This document shows, one piece after another, positions 29,588-39,614 of a stretch of DNA of 64,000 nucleotides. Both the position numbers and the translations under genes were made by a program. Every line of letters begins with the position of its first letter. Position 1 is the stretch's first letter. This DNA is from an uncultured Candidatus Saccharibacteria bacterium (GTDB lineage: Bacteria; Patescibacteriota; Minisyncoccia; Phycocordibacterales; CSBR16-119). The notes under the pieces were generated by a model. That model did no database searches, was not told the DNA's origin, and saw nothing but the letters and a program-made list of their open reading frames with translations. Where the stretch lies: positions 167,939 to 231,938 of the forward strand of contig CAYRQF010000001.1 in NCBI GenBank assembly GCA_964426385.1. The letters run 5' to 3'.

Positions 29588-30022
29588 TCAGATGACGCCC
29601 GCGCCCCCTAACTTTTCGGCTAGAGAATCGGCCTGCTTCTCAACCTTTTTCTTGTAATCGCTCCAGAGCTTGTCGTTCCAAACCTCGAGACGGTTCTGAA
29701 CACCGACAAGAGCGGCCTTGCCCTTCAAACTTGCACGCTCCTTCAAAAAATCTGGAAGCAGAAGTCGTCCGATAGAGTCGACAGTAACTTCTGTCGCCCC
29801 GCCGAACATGAAGCGGTTGAAACTACGGTTGTCTGATGAGAGCATCGAGAATCCCGAGAGCTTCTCGGAAATCTTCTGCCACTCTTTCTTTGTGAAAATG
29901 AACAAGCAATTATCAAGTCCCGGAGTAATGACAAGATCAGCACCCATTTCTTTGCGAAACTTCGCAGGAAGTGAGATACGATTTTTCTCGTCGATTGTGT
30001 GTATAAATTCTCCGATTAACAT
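29588..30022 (-). CDS. mraZ: Division/cell-wall cluster repressor MraZ
   Basis: MLIGEFIHTIDEKNRISLPAKFR, DSIGRLLLP; true start 30022. Confidence 0.95.
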   Translation of the reverse strand: MLIGEFIHTIDEKNRISLPAKFRKEMGADLVITPGLDNCLFIFTKKEWQKISEKLSGFSMLSSDNRSFNRFMFGGATEVTVDSIGRLLLPDFLKERASLKGKAALVGVQNRLEVWNDKLWSDYKKKVEKQADSLAEKLGGAGVI

Positions 30023-30046
30023 AAAATTTCTCTTGCTAAAATCATC

Positions 30047-30093
30047 TCCCACTTCATCCCACCTAGAGCAAATTATACACCACTTCATCCCAC
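30047..30093 (-). promoter_or_regulatory. MraZ-binding repeats flanking a -10 box
   Basis: Minus strand GTGGGA-TGAA-GTGGTG-TATAAT-...-GTGGGA-TGAA-GTGGGA upstream of mraZ. Confidence 0.8.
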
Positions 30094-30192
30094 TAACCAA
30101 AAACGCCTTCCCACCCTGTTTTGGGGATAACTTTGACTCATTTGACAGAGATATTATGGAATTGTATTATGTAGAAAAAACAACCCGGACCC

Positions 30193-30345
30193 ATGGACAC
30201 CATCATCTACGGCATGAATTTGGGGAGACTTGTTCCCATTGCGGTGCTTGGGGACCCGATACCACCCACGCCTGCTGAAGAAAAACAGGTCGGATCAGAA
30301 GATCCAAAAGAAGCAGCAAAGCTTCAGCACACAGACGAGAAATAA
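30193..30345 (+). CDS. 50-aa orphan peptide (cassette gene), absent from ORF track
   Basis: MDTIIYGMNLGRLVPIAVLGDPIPPTPAEEKQVGSEDPKEAAKLQHTDEK; TTGACA-17-TATTAT at 30142-30170; hairpin 30372-30391. Confidence 0.6.
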   Translation: MDTIIYGMNLGRLVPIAVLGDPIPPTPAEEKQVGSEDPKEAAKLQHTDEK

Positions 30346-30408
30346 CGCATATTTCGTCACCAAACGAAGAAGCCCCGGCATTGACCGGGGCCTCAACGTA
30401 TCAATTTC

Positions 30409-31863
30409 TTAATTTTTTGGTTTAACCAGCGGAAAAAGCTGAGTTTCGCGGAGTGGCTTGTCTACCAGAAACGCAAAAAGTCGGTCTCCGTAAGCAAAAC
30501 CAAAGGCAGGTGGCATACCATGCTCGAGCATTTCAACAAATTCCATATCTGGCATCATGGCCTCTTCGTCACCGCCTTCAATCAGCCTCCTTTGAACGTC
30601 GAACCTCTCTCTTTGATCAACAGGATCGTTTAATTCTGAGAAACCGTTACTGCATTCTGCCCCAGCAAGTATCAGCTGGACTCTCTCGGTCAGCAAAGGG
30701 TTATCGGTCTTTGATTTTGACAGCGGCGAAACAAGCTTAGGAACGTCTATAAGCCATGCCGGACCTGAGATCTGCTTACGGCAATACTTCCACAGAGTGT
30801 CAGTCAATCGCTCCCTATTGGCGCCCTCGTATTTAACACTGAGATCAGCTAGTTTGTTTCTCATCTCATCGTCTGTTGAAGTCAGAACGTCTATACCAAT
30901 CATTTCCTTGATAGTTTCAACATACGAAATCTTTTTCCAAGTTCCTGACAGATCGAATTTGTGACCACGAGTCTCGAATTCTGTTTTTCCAAAAGTCGCC
31001 TCGACGACTTCTTTTATCATCCGCTCTGTGAGCTCAATACCCCCTTCGTAATCCATATAGGCGGCGTAAAACTCTACGTTTGTGAATTCTTGGAGATGTT
31101 CAGGGCTGGTTCCCTCGTTGCGGTATACGCGCCCTATTTCAAACGTCTGAGGAAAGCCTGCAGCAAGCAATCTTTTTTGCCATAATTCCCCTACTGAGAT
31201 ACGTAGATAGACATCGATATCAAAATCATTGTGATGTGTTTTAAACGGGCGTGCTTCTGCTCCACCTGTCGTGACTTCGAGTGTCGGTGTCTCAACCTCG
31301 AGGAAGCCCTCCTTCTTCAGAAAGTTTCTTGTAGCTTCCCAAAATTTGGCTTTTTTATAAAATATTTCTCTCGCGTCGTTGTCGAGCAGAAGATCTAGAT
31401 ATCGTTTGCGGAGCCGCAGCTCATCGTCCTGTATGCCTGACCATTTCTCCGGCATTGGAAGCAGAGACTTCGTTAGCATCTTCCAATCCTTCACGAGCAG
31501 ACTCTTCTCGCCTTTCTGTGTCAGGAACAATGTACCAGTAGTCTCGATGAAGTCGCCGACATCTACTGTGTCGCCGAAGAGACTAAATAGTTTCTCATCG
31601 AGTTCGTCTTTTTTGAACACCGACTGGAAAGTATCTGTACCATCGTTAAGCACGACGAACTGTATCGCCCCCTGGCCACGGATGGCCATAACACGTCCGA
31701 CGATGGAGAAAGTTTTTTCAGTGCCTAGCTCGTCGAATTTCTCCTTGATATCTCGCAACCAAAAATCTCGCCGAGCTTTTGCCGGAAACGCATTCATACC
31801 CGCCTCAGCGAGCTTTGCGAGCTTACCGAGACGCACTTGTTTTATTTCTTCCTCGCCTGACAT
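30409..31863 (-). CDS. lysS: Lysine--tRNA ligase (class II)
   Basis: RKRYLDL, EVETP, GGAEARPF, YRNEG, HLQEFT, HGMPP. Confidence 0.96.
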   Translation of the reverse strand: MSGEEEIKQVRLGKLAKLAEAGMNAFPAKARRDFWLRDIKEKFDELGTEKTFSIVGRVMAIRGQGAIQFVVLNDGTDTFQSVFKKDELDEKLFSLFGDTVDVGDFIETTGTLFLTQKGEKSLLVKDWKMLTKSLLPMPEKWSGIQDDELRLRKRYLDLLLDNDAREIFYKKAKFWEATRNFLKKEGFLEVETPTLEVTTGGAEARPFKTHHNDFDIDVYLRISVGELWQKRLLAAGFPQTFEIGRVYRNEGTSPEHLQEFTNVEFYAAYMDYEGGIELTERMIKEVVEATFGKTEFETRGHKFDLSGTWKKISYVETIKEMIGIDVLTSTDDEMRNKLADLSVKYEGANRERLTDTLWKYCRKQISGPAWLIDVPKLVSPLSKSKTDNPLLTERVQLILAGAECSNGFSELNDPVDQRERFDVQRRLIEGGDEEAMMPDMEFVEMLEHGMPPAFGFAYGDRLFAFLVDKPLRETQLFPLVKPKN

Positions 31864-31865
31864 AT

Positions 31866-32333
31866 TTATTCGATTCCGAGAATCGTGTACTCTATCGCTC
31901 CAGCTGGACTATCAAATATTACCTTGTCACCTTTCTTGCGCTCAAACAATGCACCGCCGAGTGGTGACTGATAAGAAATTCTTCCGGTAGCCATATCTGC
32001 CTCGCCTTCGCCAACAACAGTATAAATCTTTTTCTCTTTGTCTCCTTTCTTCTGGACAGTAACATCTGAGCCGATACCCACCATATCCCCTTTGTGTCTA
32101 GCAGAAACAACCTCAGCGTCTTTTAGAATCCTTTTGATCTCGCGAACGCGGTCCTCGAGTTTCGCCTGGGCTTCACGAGCCTGGTGATATTCGGCATTTT
32201 CAGAAAGATCGCCAAGTGATTTGGCGAACTCTAAAGCTTCGATTATCTCTTTGCGCTCCTCACCTTCGAGGCGCCGTAGCTCCCCCTCTAGTTCTAATTT
32301 ACGCTCTTTGGTTATCAGTTCTTTGTCTATCAT
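31866..32333 (-). CDS. greA: Transcription elongation factor GreA
   Basis: GDLSENAEY, ISYQSPLG. Confidence 0.96.
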   Translation of the reverse strand: MIDKELITKERKLELEGELRRLEGEERKEIIEALEFAKSLGDLSENAEYHQAREAQAKLEDRVREIKRILKDAEVVSARHKGDMVGIGSDVTVQKKGDKEKKIYTVVGEGEADMATGRISYQSPLGGALFERKKGDKVIFDSPAGAIEYTILGIE

Positions 32334-32379
32334 ATTGGGGCTATTTTAGCCTTTTGGTGGCCCTCAGTCAATCTAGTTG

Positions 32380-35049
32380 TTAGAAGCACTTCGAATTTAA
32401 GATACCCCGAGTAATAGGACCAACTATCCCATCAGCGTCGAGACCATGAGTCTTCTGGAAGCCTTTAACTCCCGCATCTGTAATACGTCCAAAGATGCCA
32501 TCCACTACACCTACATCGAATTGTAGTGAATTAAGCATAGTCTGAAGATTTGATACCTCGACACCACGTGACCCTAGGCTCATTAGTGTAATGAAGCTCG
32601 GACAACTCTTACTAGGAGCTGGAGACTGATCTGGAATAACCATAGGTTCTTCTACTGTTTGTTTGACTGTAGGCACTGACCCTGACGATGTGACTGTCGT
32701 TTCTTCTATCTCTTGCTCTACAGAATTCGTTGTAGTGTCAAACATCCTAACTAAGCCATCCTGAAAGCTTGAATAATAAATATCTGTTCCAACGACCGAC
32801 ATCCCAGACGGAGAATGTCCGACAGCAATCTCGCTTTCGACTAGACTCGTAGCAACATCAATCACTGATATCGTCCCCGAGTCAAAGTTCTCAACATAGA
32901 CCTTGCCACTGTTGCCGACAATACCTCTCGGGCCACGGCCAACATCAATCGTGTCTACAACGTTGTTCGTATCAGTGTCTATCACAATAACTTCATCTGA
33001 GAGGTATCCTGTCACATAAACTTTATCACCGAGCACGGCGACACCCCTAGGGCCGACACTGTCAGCGGGAAGTCGAATAACATCTGAAATCTCGTTTGTC
33101 AGAGTATCTATAACGAAAACACTGTAACCGCTAGAATAATGCGGGTTGCCATAATTTGCTACGTAAAGATCAGTACCGTGAGGTTTTATACCCCTAGGGT
33201 AGACCCCGACGTCGATTGTGTCAGTAACGCTATTTGAATTAGCATTGATAACTGTGACTGAATTTGATCCGCCATTTGTCACGTAAACATTTGTTCCAAC
33301 TGTGGCTATGTAATATGGCTTTACGCCTACATCGATAGTATCTATCACCGTGTTCGTTGAAGTGTCTATGACCGAAACATTATCAGAATTTATATTCGCT
33401 ACATATACATAGGTCGTAGCTCCAATAGACATCGTTGCTAGACCATAAGGCTCCTCTCCCACGGAGATAGTATTTGTCACTTCGTTTGTCTCTACATTTA
33501 TCACTGAAACATCGTTACTTCCCTGATTTGCAACATAAATGAAACCATCGATATTGCCCGAGATCTGATATGGATTTTCTCCAACGTCTATATCAACATA
33601 GTCGCCAATTTCAATATTCTTTAAGTCACCTAAATTTCTAGTAATAAATGAATTTTCCGCTTCAAAATCTCCTTGTGAAGATGGTAACTCATAAGCTGTA
33701 CGAGTATAAACTCCGGTTGAATCGGTCACCGTTGCTTCTACCACAGAAGATACCCCTAGATCAGGTGTGTCTGTGCGCCCGGTAACCACAAAATTACCAG
33801 ACAGGGTCGAGCCACTGACTTCATCGAGCAATACACGCGATCCATTATCAAGCTGGACATTCATGCTCGAACCCGCCAAGATATCGCGACCAAAATGAGC
33901 GGTAATATCTATAGACTGACCCATACCAGCAGTGCCGTTACCCGTCGTTGTACTAAACCTTAGTAGTTCGGGACGTCTTGTCGTGACAGTCGTGGTGTCG
34001 ATTACCGATACGCTGTCCCCGACCGAATTAGCGATATAAATTTTCTTGCCTGCGACTGTCGCGCGCGATGCCTCGTCGCCGATAGCTATGGTCTCGATGA
34101 CTGTATTGCTGGCTGTATCGATGACCGAGACTGTATCAGCATCATTATTCAGGACATATACTCTATCATCGACAACCTGAACACTGACAGGAAAATCGCC
34201 GACGGGTATGGTCGCTATTACAGTGTCAGTATGCGTATCAATAACTGATACGGAATCATCGCTCACACTCGGAACATAAATCCTAGATCCGAAAGGGGTA
34301 GGAGCTATCGGATTATTCCCAACCGTTATCGTATCAATCACTGTATCTGTCTCAGTATCAATGACTGAAACAGTATTCTCATTAGAGTTATTAACATACA
34401 CTTTGTCTCCGACTACAGCCATATTGCTCGGAGAGCTGCCGACAGGTATGGTGGCCACAACGGTGTCAGTATCTGTATCTATTACTGAAACAGTTTCGTC
34501 ATCAACATTCACACCGTATATTTTATTTCCAGAGATGACAGCATAATATGAATTGATGCCGATAGGTATGGTCGAAACGACTGTATCACTCTCCGTATCT
34601 ATAACAGAAATGGCTGCGCTACCCGCATTATATATATAGACCCTAGTGCCGTATACGATAGCAAACTGTGGTTCGACACCAACCGGTATGGTAGAGACAA
34701 CGGTATCAGTTTCTGTATCAACGACGGTAACGGTGCCTGCCGCATTATTTGTTGTGTAAAGCTTCCTACCAGCAATAGCAAAATTAATAGGCTCATCTCC
34801 AACGGGTATCGTCGCAATAACAGTGTCGGTAAGGGTGTTTATGACGGAAAGAGTATCAGATGCTGAGTTTGCAACGTAAACCTTGTTGTCTAATGTTGAT
34901 AGGGTGTAGGGGGCATCTCCGACAGGGATGGTCAATGCGTGCGAAAACTCAGGCATAAGTAAAAACAAGAAAACGAAGAGTGCGCAGATAGGCCTAAAAA
35001 AGGTGATGTTGTCTCTCGTAAATATATTTCGAAACTTCATAATACGCAT
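32380..35049 (-). CDS. Secreted YVTN/YncE double beta-propeller protein with C-terminal peptidoglycan-binding domain
   Basis: Many YVANxxxxxVSVIDT repeats in two blocks; GSRGVEVSNLQ...DGIFG...FQKTHGL.ADGIVGP. Confidence 0.88.
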   Translation of the reverse strand: MRIMKFRNIFTRDNITFFRPICALFVFLFLLMPEFSHALTIPVGDAPYTLSTLDNKVYVANSASDTLSVINTLTDTVIATIPVGDEPINFAIAGRKLYTTNNAAGTVTVVDTETDTVVSTIPVGVEPQFAIVYGTRVYIYNAGSAAISVIDTESDTVVSTIPIGINSYYAVISGNKIYGVNVDDETVSVIDTDTDTVVATIPVGSSPSNMAVVGDKVYVNNSNENTVSVIDTETDTVIDTITVGNNPIAPTPFGSRIYVPSVSDDSVSVIDTHTDTVIATIPVGDFPVSVQVVDDRVYVLNNDADTVSVIDTASNTVIETIAIGDEASRATVAGKKIYIANSVGDSVSVIDTTTVTTRRPELLRFSTTTGNGTAGMGQSIDITAHFGRDILAGSSMNVQLDNGSRVLLDEVSGSTLSGNFVVTGRTDTPDLGVSSVVEATVTDSTGVYTRTAYELPSSQGDFEAENSFITRNLGDLKNIEIGDYVDIDVGENPYQISGNIDGFIYVANQGSNDVSVINVETNEVTNTISVGEEPYGLATMSIGATTYVYVANINSDNVSVIDTSTNTVIDTIDVGVKPYYIATVGTNVYVTNGGSNSVTVINANSNSVTDTIDVGVYPRGIKPHGTDLYVANYGNPHYSSGYSVFVIDTLTNEISDVIRLPADSVGPRGVAVLGDKVYVTGYLSDEVIVIDTDTNNVVDTIDVGRGPRGIVGNSGKVYVENFDSGTISVIDVATSLVESEIAVGHSPSGMSVVGTDIYYSSFQDGLVRMFDTTTNSVEQEIEETTVTSSGSVPTVKQTVEEPMVIPDQSPAPSKSCPSFITLMSLGSRGVEVSNLQTMLNSLQFDVGVVDGIFGRITDAGVKGFQKTHGLDADGIVGPITRGILNSKCF

Positions 35050-35055
35050 ATTACC

Positions 35056-36765
35056 CTATTCGTCAGTACTTACAAAATACTCCGGCGTATTCAGCTGAAC
35101 CCAGTCAATGAATGTCCTCATGGCAAATGAGGCACTCCTGGTTCCGTCGTTAGGACCCTTCTCCATCAGGAGAACAAAGGCGTATTTCGGTTCTTCATAC
35201 GGGAAGAATCCGAGAGTCCAGGAGTTGATGAATTTGTTTCCGAGTCCCGTCTGAGCGGATCCGGTCTTGGCAGCGATATCGACATACGACACGTTGAGGG
35301 CTCCGCCAGTACCCTCGGTCACAACTTTCCGTAAACCTTCTCGGACCACCTCATAATCGCTTTCTGGTAGATCCTTCTCAAGTTTCTTGAACGTCAACGC
35401 AGTGTCAGATATAACATGCGGACTAACTAATGTTCCGCTATTGGCGATTGACGACATCGCACGGAGCATCTCAACGGGTGTCACCTGGAATCCATACTGT
35501 CCGATCGAAGTGTTGTATGTATCTCCGAGCCTCCACGCATCACCATCAAAAACACGCTTTTTCCATTCTGGATTCGGTACTGTTCCTGAGACCTCTCCGA
35601 GAATATCGATTCCTGTCTTGTCCCCTATCTCAAATAATCGAATGTATTCTTCGATTTTGGTGATACCGAGACCCGGCTGGTTACCATAGCCTCCACCGAT
35701 AGCATAAAAGAAAGTGTTTACAGACTCGGCGATGGCTTTTGTTACGTTTGTCACACCATGACCACCCTCCTGCCAGTCTCGAAATGTCGTGAAGAGCTCT
35801 TTGTCATATGGATTCTGCACTCGCACCTCTCCGGTAGACAGTATCGTCGTCGACGGTGTGATGATGCCTTCGTTCAGGGCTCCGAGAGCGATGAACGGCT
35901 TGACCGTTGAACCCGGAGAGTATAGTCCAGACACTAAACGATTCAAGAACGGCTTCCTAGAGTCATTGAAATATCCATTTATAATCTCAGTATTAGCTCC
36001 ATCAGCAATTACTGAGCCATCGTACTCTGGAAAACTTGTAGCAACGATAAGCTCACCTGTATTTATATCCATGATTGCACCAGCTCCACCCTGATAACCT
36101 ATATCTTCTGATAGAGCCTTGATAGCATCGTACATCGCTCCCTGGAGACGCACATCGATAGTGAGGTGAAGATTCTTGCCATGCTCCGGAGTATTTAAAA
36201 TATTCTCTGATGAAACGTCACCTAGCGCATTGACCTCGATGATTTTTGAGCCGTTTACACCGTTTAGGTAATCGTTGCGCTCCTTCTCCACACCGTCCAT
36301 ACCGGTGTAGCTGGTCTGCCAATAAAAACCACGTTTATCTTTCTGCGGGTATTTAACATAACCGAGAAGAACAGAACTACCTGGAGTCGTAGTATAGGCC
36401 CGAAGCGAGGGGTCGAACTCTGTCATCTCGGGTGTGCGTACGTTCCATGCAAGCTCTACATCATTGCGATCAAAAATAACTCCTCGGTCGGCAAAGACTA
36501 TCTGACTATCCAAACTATTCTTCTCAGATAGAACTGAATAATCCTCGCCATTTTGTATCTGTAGTATATGAAGTTTGCCAACAAACACAGCTACAACTAA
36601 TACAAAAAATCCGCCGATAAACCACACGGTCTGCTTTGAGATAGTCTTTTCGATGCGACCCTCGAACTGTTGAGTATCAAACGCATGGATATTTCTCGAA
36701 TCCATAAGTATCTCATCAAAATCTATACCAATTTTATTTAACTTTCTCCTATTTCTCCAGATCAT
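35056..36765 (-). CDS. mrdA: Penicillin-binding protein 2
   Basis: PGSTVK, SVNTFFY, IGQY, KTGSAQ. Confidence 0.88.
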   Translation of the reverse strand: MIWRNRRKLNKIGIDFDEILMDSRNIHAFDTQQFEGRIEKTISKQTVWFIGGFFVLVVAVFVGKLHILQIQNGEDYSVLSEKNSLDSQIVFADRGVIFDRNDVELAWNVRTPEMTEFDPSLRAYTTTPGSSVLLGYVKYPQKDKRGFYWQTSYTGMDGVEKERNDYLNGVNGSKIIEVNALGDVSSENILNTPEHGKNLHLTIDVRLQGAMYDAIKALSEDIGYQGGAGAIMDINTGELIVATSFPEYDGSVIADGANTEIINGYFNDSRKPFLNRLVSGLYSPGSTVKPFIALGALNEGIITPSTTILSTGEVRVQNPYDKELFTTFRDWQEGGHGVTNVTKAIAESVNTFFYAIGGGYGNQPGLGITKIEEYIRLFEIGDKTGIDILGEVSGTVPNPEWKKRVFDGDAWRLGDTYNTSIGQYGFQVTPVEMLRAMSSIANSGTLVSPHVISDTALTFKKLEKDLPESDYEVVREGLRKVVTEGTGGALNVSYVDIAAKTGSAQTGLGNKFINSWTLGFFPYEEPKYAFVLLMEKGPNDGTRSASFAMRTFIDWVQLNTPEYFVSTDE

Positions 36766-37058
36766 AATCTTTTGCTGACAAATAATGACTCTCGAAGTGC
36801 GCCAATAAGTAGGAAGAGTGCGACAGCACCGATGGTCATGATGCCGTATATGGGAGCTATGCTAAAAAGCTCGAAACTATAAACCGCATCCACGATAAAT
36901 ATAATTATGATTCCTATAAAATAGTTAACATATAGGATATTGGCTACAACAAAAAGGCAGATGGTAAGCCAAAATGGCAAAAACAGCGCTGAAAACGCGA
37001 GAAGTAAAGTTATAGGGATGTAGAGTTTCTGCTTGTCCACCAACCTATTATAGGGCAT
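36762..37058 (-). CDS. Small membrane protein
   Basis: Highly hydrophobic; stop overlaps mrdA start. Confidence 0.6.
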   Translation of the reverse strand: MPYNRLVDKQKLYIPITLLLAFSALFLPFWLTICLFVVANILYVNYFIGIIIIFIVDAVYSFELFSIAPIYGIMTIGAVALFLLIGALRESLFVSKRL

Positions 37059-37082
37059 AGTGTGGCCGTTAGCAAATACAAA

Positions 37083-37502
37083 CTATTCGCGCCGAAATGC
37101 ACCAAATACGATGTTGATTATACGCCTAATTATACTTATGCCGATTAGTATCGCCGCAGTATAGAATACGAACTGTAGAGAAAATACAAATAGAAGCGCC
37201 GCAAGTCCATATATGTGAAGCATGGTTAGAACTTTCATAGCCGGCTTGGCATCCTTGTTCGCCATACGGCGTTCTTCGGTTTTTTCCATCGATTCCTTGA
37301 AGTCTACAGATTTTTGTTTGCGCCATTTCTCTATACCGTCAGTTATGCTTATGACTTTGGCGTTGATCATCTCGGTAAATGAAGATTTTTCCTGCGAGAC
37401 TTCTTCCTTGTCCTCCTCCTGTGTTTCTGCCTTGTCCTGCGCGAGTAAACTGCCCGGCATAACCAGAACTAGGAGAAAAAAGAATGTCGCCAATCTCTGC
37501 AT
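37083..37502 (-). CDS. Hypothetical membrane protein with signal peptide
   Basis: Signal peptide plus C-terminal TM segments. Confidence 0.7.
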   Translation of the reverse strand: MQRLATFFFLLVLVMPGSLLAQDKAETQEEDKEEVSQEKSSFTEMINAKVISITDGIEKWRKQKSVDFKESMEKTEERRMANKDAKPAMKVLTMLHIYGLAALLFVFSLQFVFYTAAILIGISIIRRIINIVFGAFRRE

Positions 37503-37507
37503 GAGAA

Positions 37508-37972
37508 TTATTTTAGAGGGTCGGTCTCGCTAATGTAGTTATCCATCGAGAGAGTGAATGCACCCATAACCCCATTCACTTCCACAGAATAAGTTCCCTT
37601 TGAGAGCCCGACAACACCGTTGAGAGAGATCGTCTTCTCGAAGTTCTCTATGACCTGTATACACATTTCTGCGTCGAGTGGACGCTTGGACTCTAGAGTT
37701 ATAGTGAACTTACTAGCGTCATAGCTCTGTTTAACATCCCCGAGAGTCGTACAGCTGTCTGGAAGATATCCTTTGGCAATGACGTTAACCTGTACTGGGA
37801 AAGATTCTAACTGGACAATATCTATACTCTCGACTTTGGCAGTGCCGATAACGTTATTCTCATCTCCCACGTTTTTCTTGTTCTTGGTTAGGAATACAAC
37901 GGCGAGAATGACTATAATCAGCCCGAGAGCTATATACATAAGTGTCTTGAATGAATTTGAATTATTATCCAT
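37508..37972 (-). CDS. Hypothetical membrane-anchored protein
   Basis: TM then ESFPVQV..KGYLPDSC...CIQV beta-rich domain. Confidence 0.75.
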   Translation of the reverse strand: MDNNSNSFKTLMYIALGLIIVILAVVFLTKNKKNVGDENNVIGTAKVESIDIVQLESFPVQVNVIAKGYLPDSCTTLGDVKQSYDASKFTITLESKRPLDAEMCIQVIENFEKTISLNGVVGLSKGTYSVEVNGVMGAFTLSMDNYISETDPLK

Positions 37973-38062
37973 ATTATTATTTTCTTAAAAGTTAATAACA
38001 ATATTATACACTAAATACTACCGGAGGAAACTCGTTTTGGTATAATTATATTGCCTTACACC

Positions 38063-38746
38063 ATGGAAGAAACAGATTTAATAGCAAATTCACTTGGCGG
38101 CCTTTCTTATGGAGGGCTTTTTATCGTGGCACTGCTATCAAACATCGTCATACCAGTACCCGAAGAGCTAGTGCTTCTAGCAACAGGCTACCTAACAGGG
38201 ATCGGGGTCTTTGACTACAAATCAGTCGTGGTTATATTCATCGCTGGTATGCTCGTCTCCGACTACATCCTGTACTCCCTGTCTTTCCGCGGTAGTCGAC
38301 TAGTCTCGAAACTGCACGACAAACTCGAGAAAAAAGGCCTACTAAAGAATCAGGCCTATATGCGCAGACACATAAAAAAGATTATTTTCTTCTCCAGATT
38401 TCTAGTATACCTACGATTCATCGGACCGGTAGTCGCCGGATCACTCAAGATAAAGAAAAAGACTTTTCTCATATATGACCTCGTGGCACTCATAATATAT
38501 GTAAATATTTTTGCTGGACTAGGTAACTACTTCCACGATCAGATCAAATTCATAACCGAAGGTGTCGCCAAGTTCAAGAATTATATCCTTATCGGCCTTG
38601 CGGTCATCGTGACAATAATCGTACTGCGTTATATCGAGAAAAACTTCCTCAAATGGATGTACGCTATCGGTGAATTTATGCCTACCATCATACCGGGCCT
38701 AGAGATAAACGAACCGCAGAATAAAAAGAAGAGAAGAAAGGACTAA
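38063..38746 (+). CDS. DedA family membrane protein
   Basis: PVPEELVLLATG, SDYILY, FSRFL..LR. Confidence 0.9.
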   Translation: MEETDLIANSLGGLSYGGLFIVALLSNIVIPVPEELVLLATGYLTGIGVFDYKSVVVIFIAGMLVSDYILYSLSFRGSRLVSKLHDKLEKKGLLKNQAYMRRHIKKIIFFSRFLVYLRFIGPVVAGSLKIKKKTFLIYDLVALIIYVNIFAGLGNYFHDQIKFITEGVAKFKNYILIGLAVIVTIIVLRYIEKNFLKWMYAIGEFMPTIIPGLEINEPQNKKKRRKD

Positions 38747-39450
38747 AGTAAGTTATTCAACCCCTCGTAGTTAATAAATCTGAGAATATCATAGGCCCAT
38801 ACTGATATAAGGCTAAAATTGTCTGTGAACAGTAGTACTCCTACGAATATAAGTATCGCCCCGGCGAGGATATTAAATATACGATAAGATCGAATCCGGA
38901 CTTCCCTATGCGACCTCTGTACTAGATATGCGACGACGAGAAACGGTAATATAAACCCGAGCGCGAAGAATAAGAATAGCCAAAGTGCCTGAAACACGCT
39001 GAATGCAAAAGTTGCATAGAAAAATATCCCGGCCAGAACCGGTCCAACACATGGGGACCAGCCAGCTGCGAATGAGACGCCGAATATAAATGGTGAGAAT
39101 CTAGTCTTCTGCAGGCGGTGGAAATAATCTGTGACTCTCGAACCGTTAAAAAGTGATAGTTTAAAAATCCCGAGAATATATAGGCCGAAGAATATGATAA
39201 ATAGCGCACCAAGCTTCTGAAGGAATATCTTATAAGGCGCGAGAACGTGTCCGAGAAGTCCAGCGAGTATCCCGAACACGAGAAAAGTAAGGAGGAACCC
39301 GAGGCAAAACATCAGAGCCCTTCTGACGGCTTTCTCCTTCTCGTTCGCAGAAATATAGGCAATAAACCCCGGCACGAGTGGTAGAGTGCATGGCGCCAAG
39401 AACATCAGCACGCCAGCAACGAAAGCTGTGATTATATTTACGTGTTCCAT
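38743..39450 (-). CDS. CcdA/DsbD-like thiol-disulfide transporter
   Basis: FLAPCTLPLVP and GWSPCVGPVL. Confidence 0.9.
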   Translation of the reverse strand: MEHVNIITAFVAGVLMFLAPCTLPLVPGFIAYISANEKEKAVRRALMFCLGFLLTFLVFGILAGLLGHVLAPYKIFLQKLGALFIIFFGLYILGIFKLSLFNGSRVTDYFHRLQKTRFSPFIFGVSFAAGWSPCVGPVLAGIFFYATFAFSVFQALWLFLFFALGFILPFLVVAYLVQRSHREVRIRSYRIFNILAGAILIFVGVLLFTDNFSLISVWAYDILRFINYEGLNNLL

Positions 39451-39464
39451 GAAAGGAATTATAC

Positions 39465-39523
39465 AGGATTTAAGAATTAACCCTCCTACGCTTTAGCTAC
39501 GGACGGGCAAGGATTTAGGATTT
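39465..39523. repeat. REP-like palindrome embedded in an AGGATTT heptamer array
   Basis: aggattt-aagaatt-aa[ccctcctacgctttagctacggacgggca]aggattt-aggattt. Confidence 0.55.
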
Positions 39524-39531
39524 ATGAAAAA

Positions 39532-39562
39532 GAACAGCCCCATCCATCGGACAGGGCTGTTC
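39532..39562 (-). terminator. Intrinsic terminator
   Basis: gaacagccc...gggctgttc, U tract on minus strand. Confidence 0.7.
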
Positions 39563-39614
39563 GTGCGTTCAAGGATCACTGCTTTGCTTATCAGGATTTG
39601 GTGCAAACAAGCGC

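Noticed and set aside
33960-34930. Nucleotide-level tandem repeats
   Set aside because: Explained by the protein's YVTN propeller repeats
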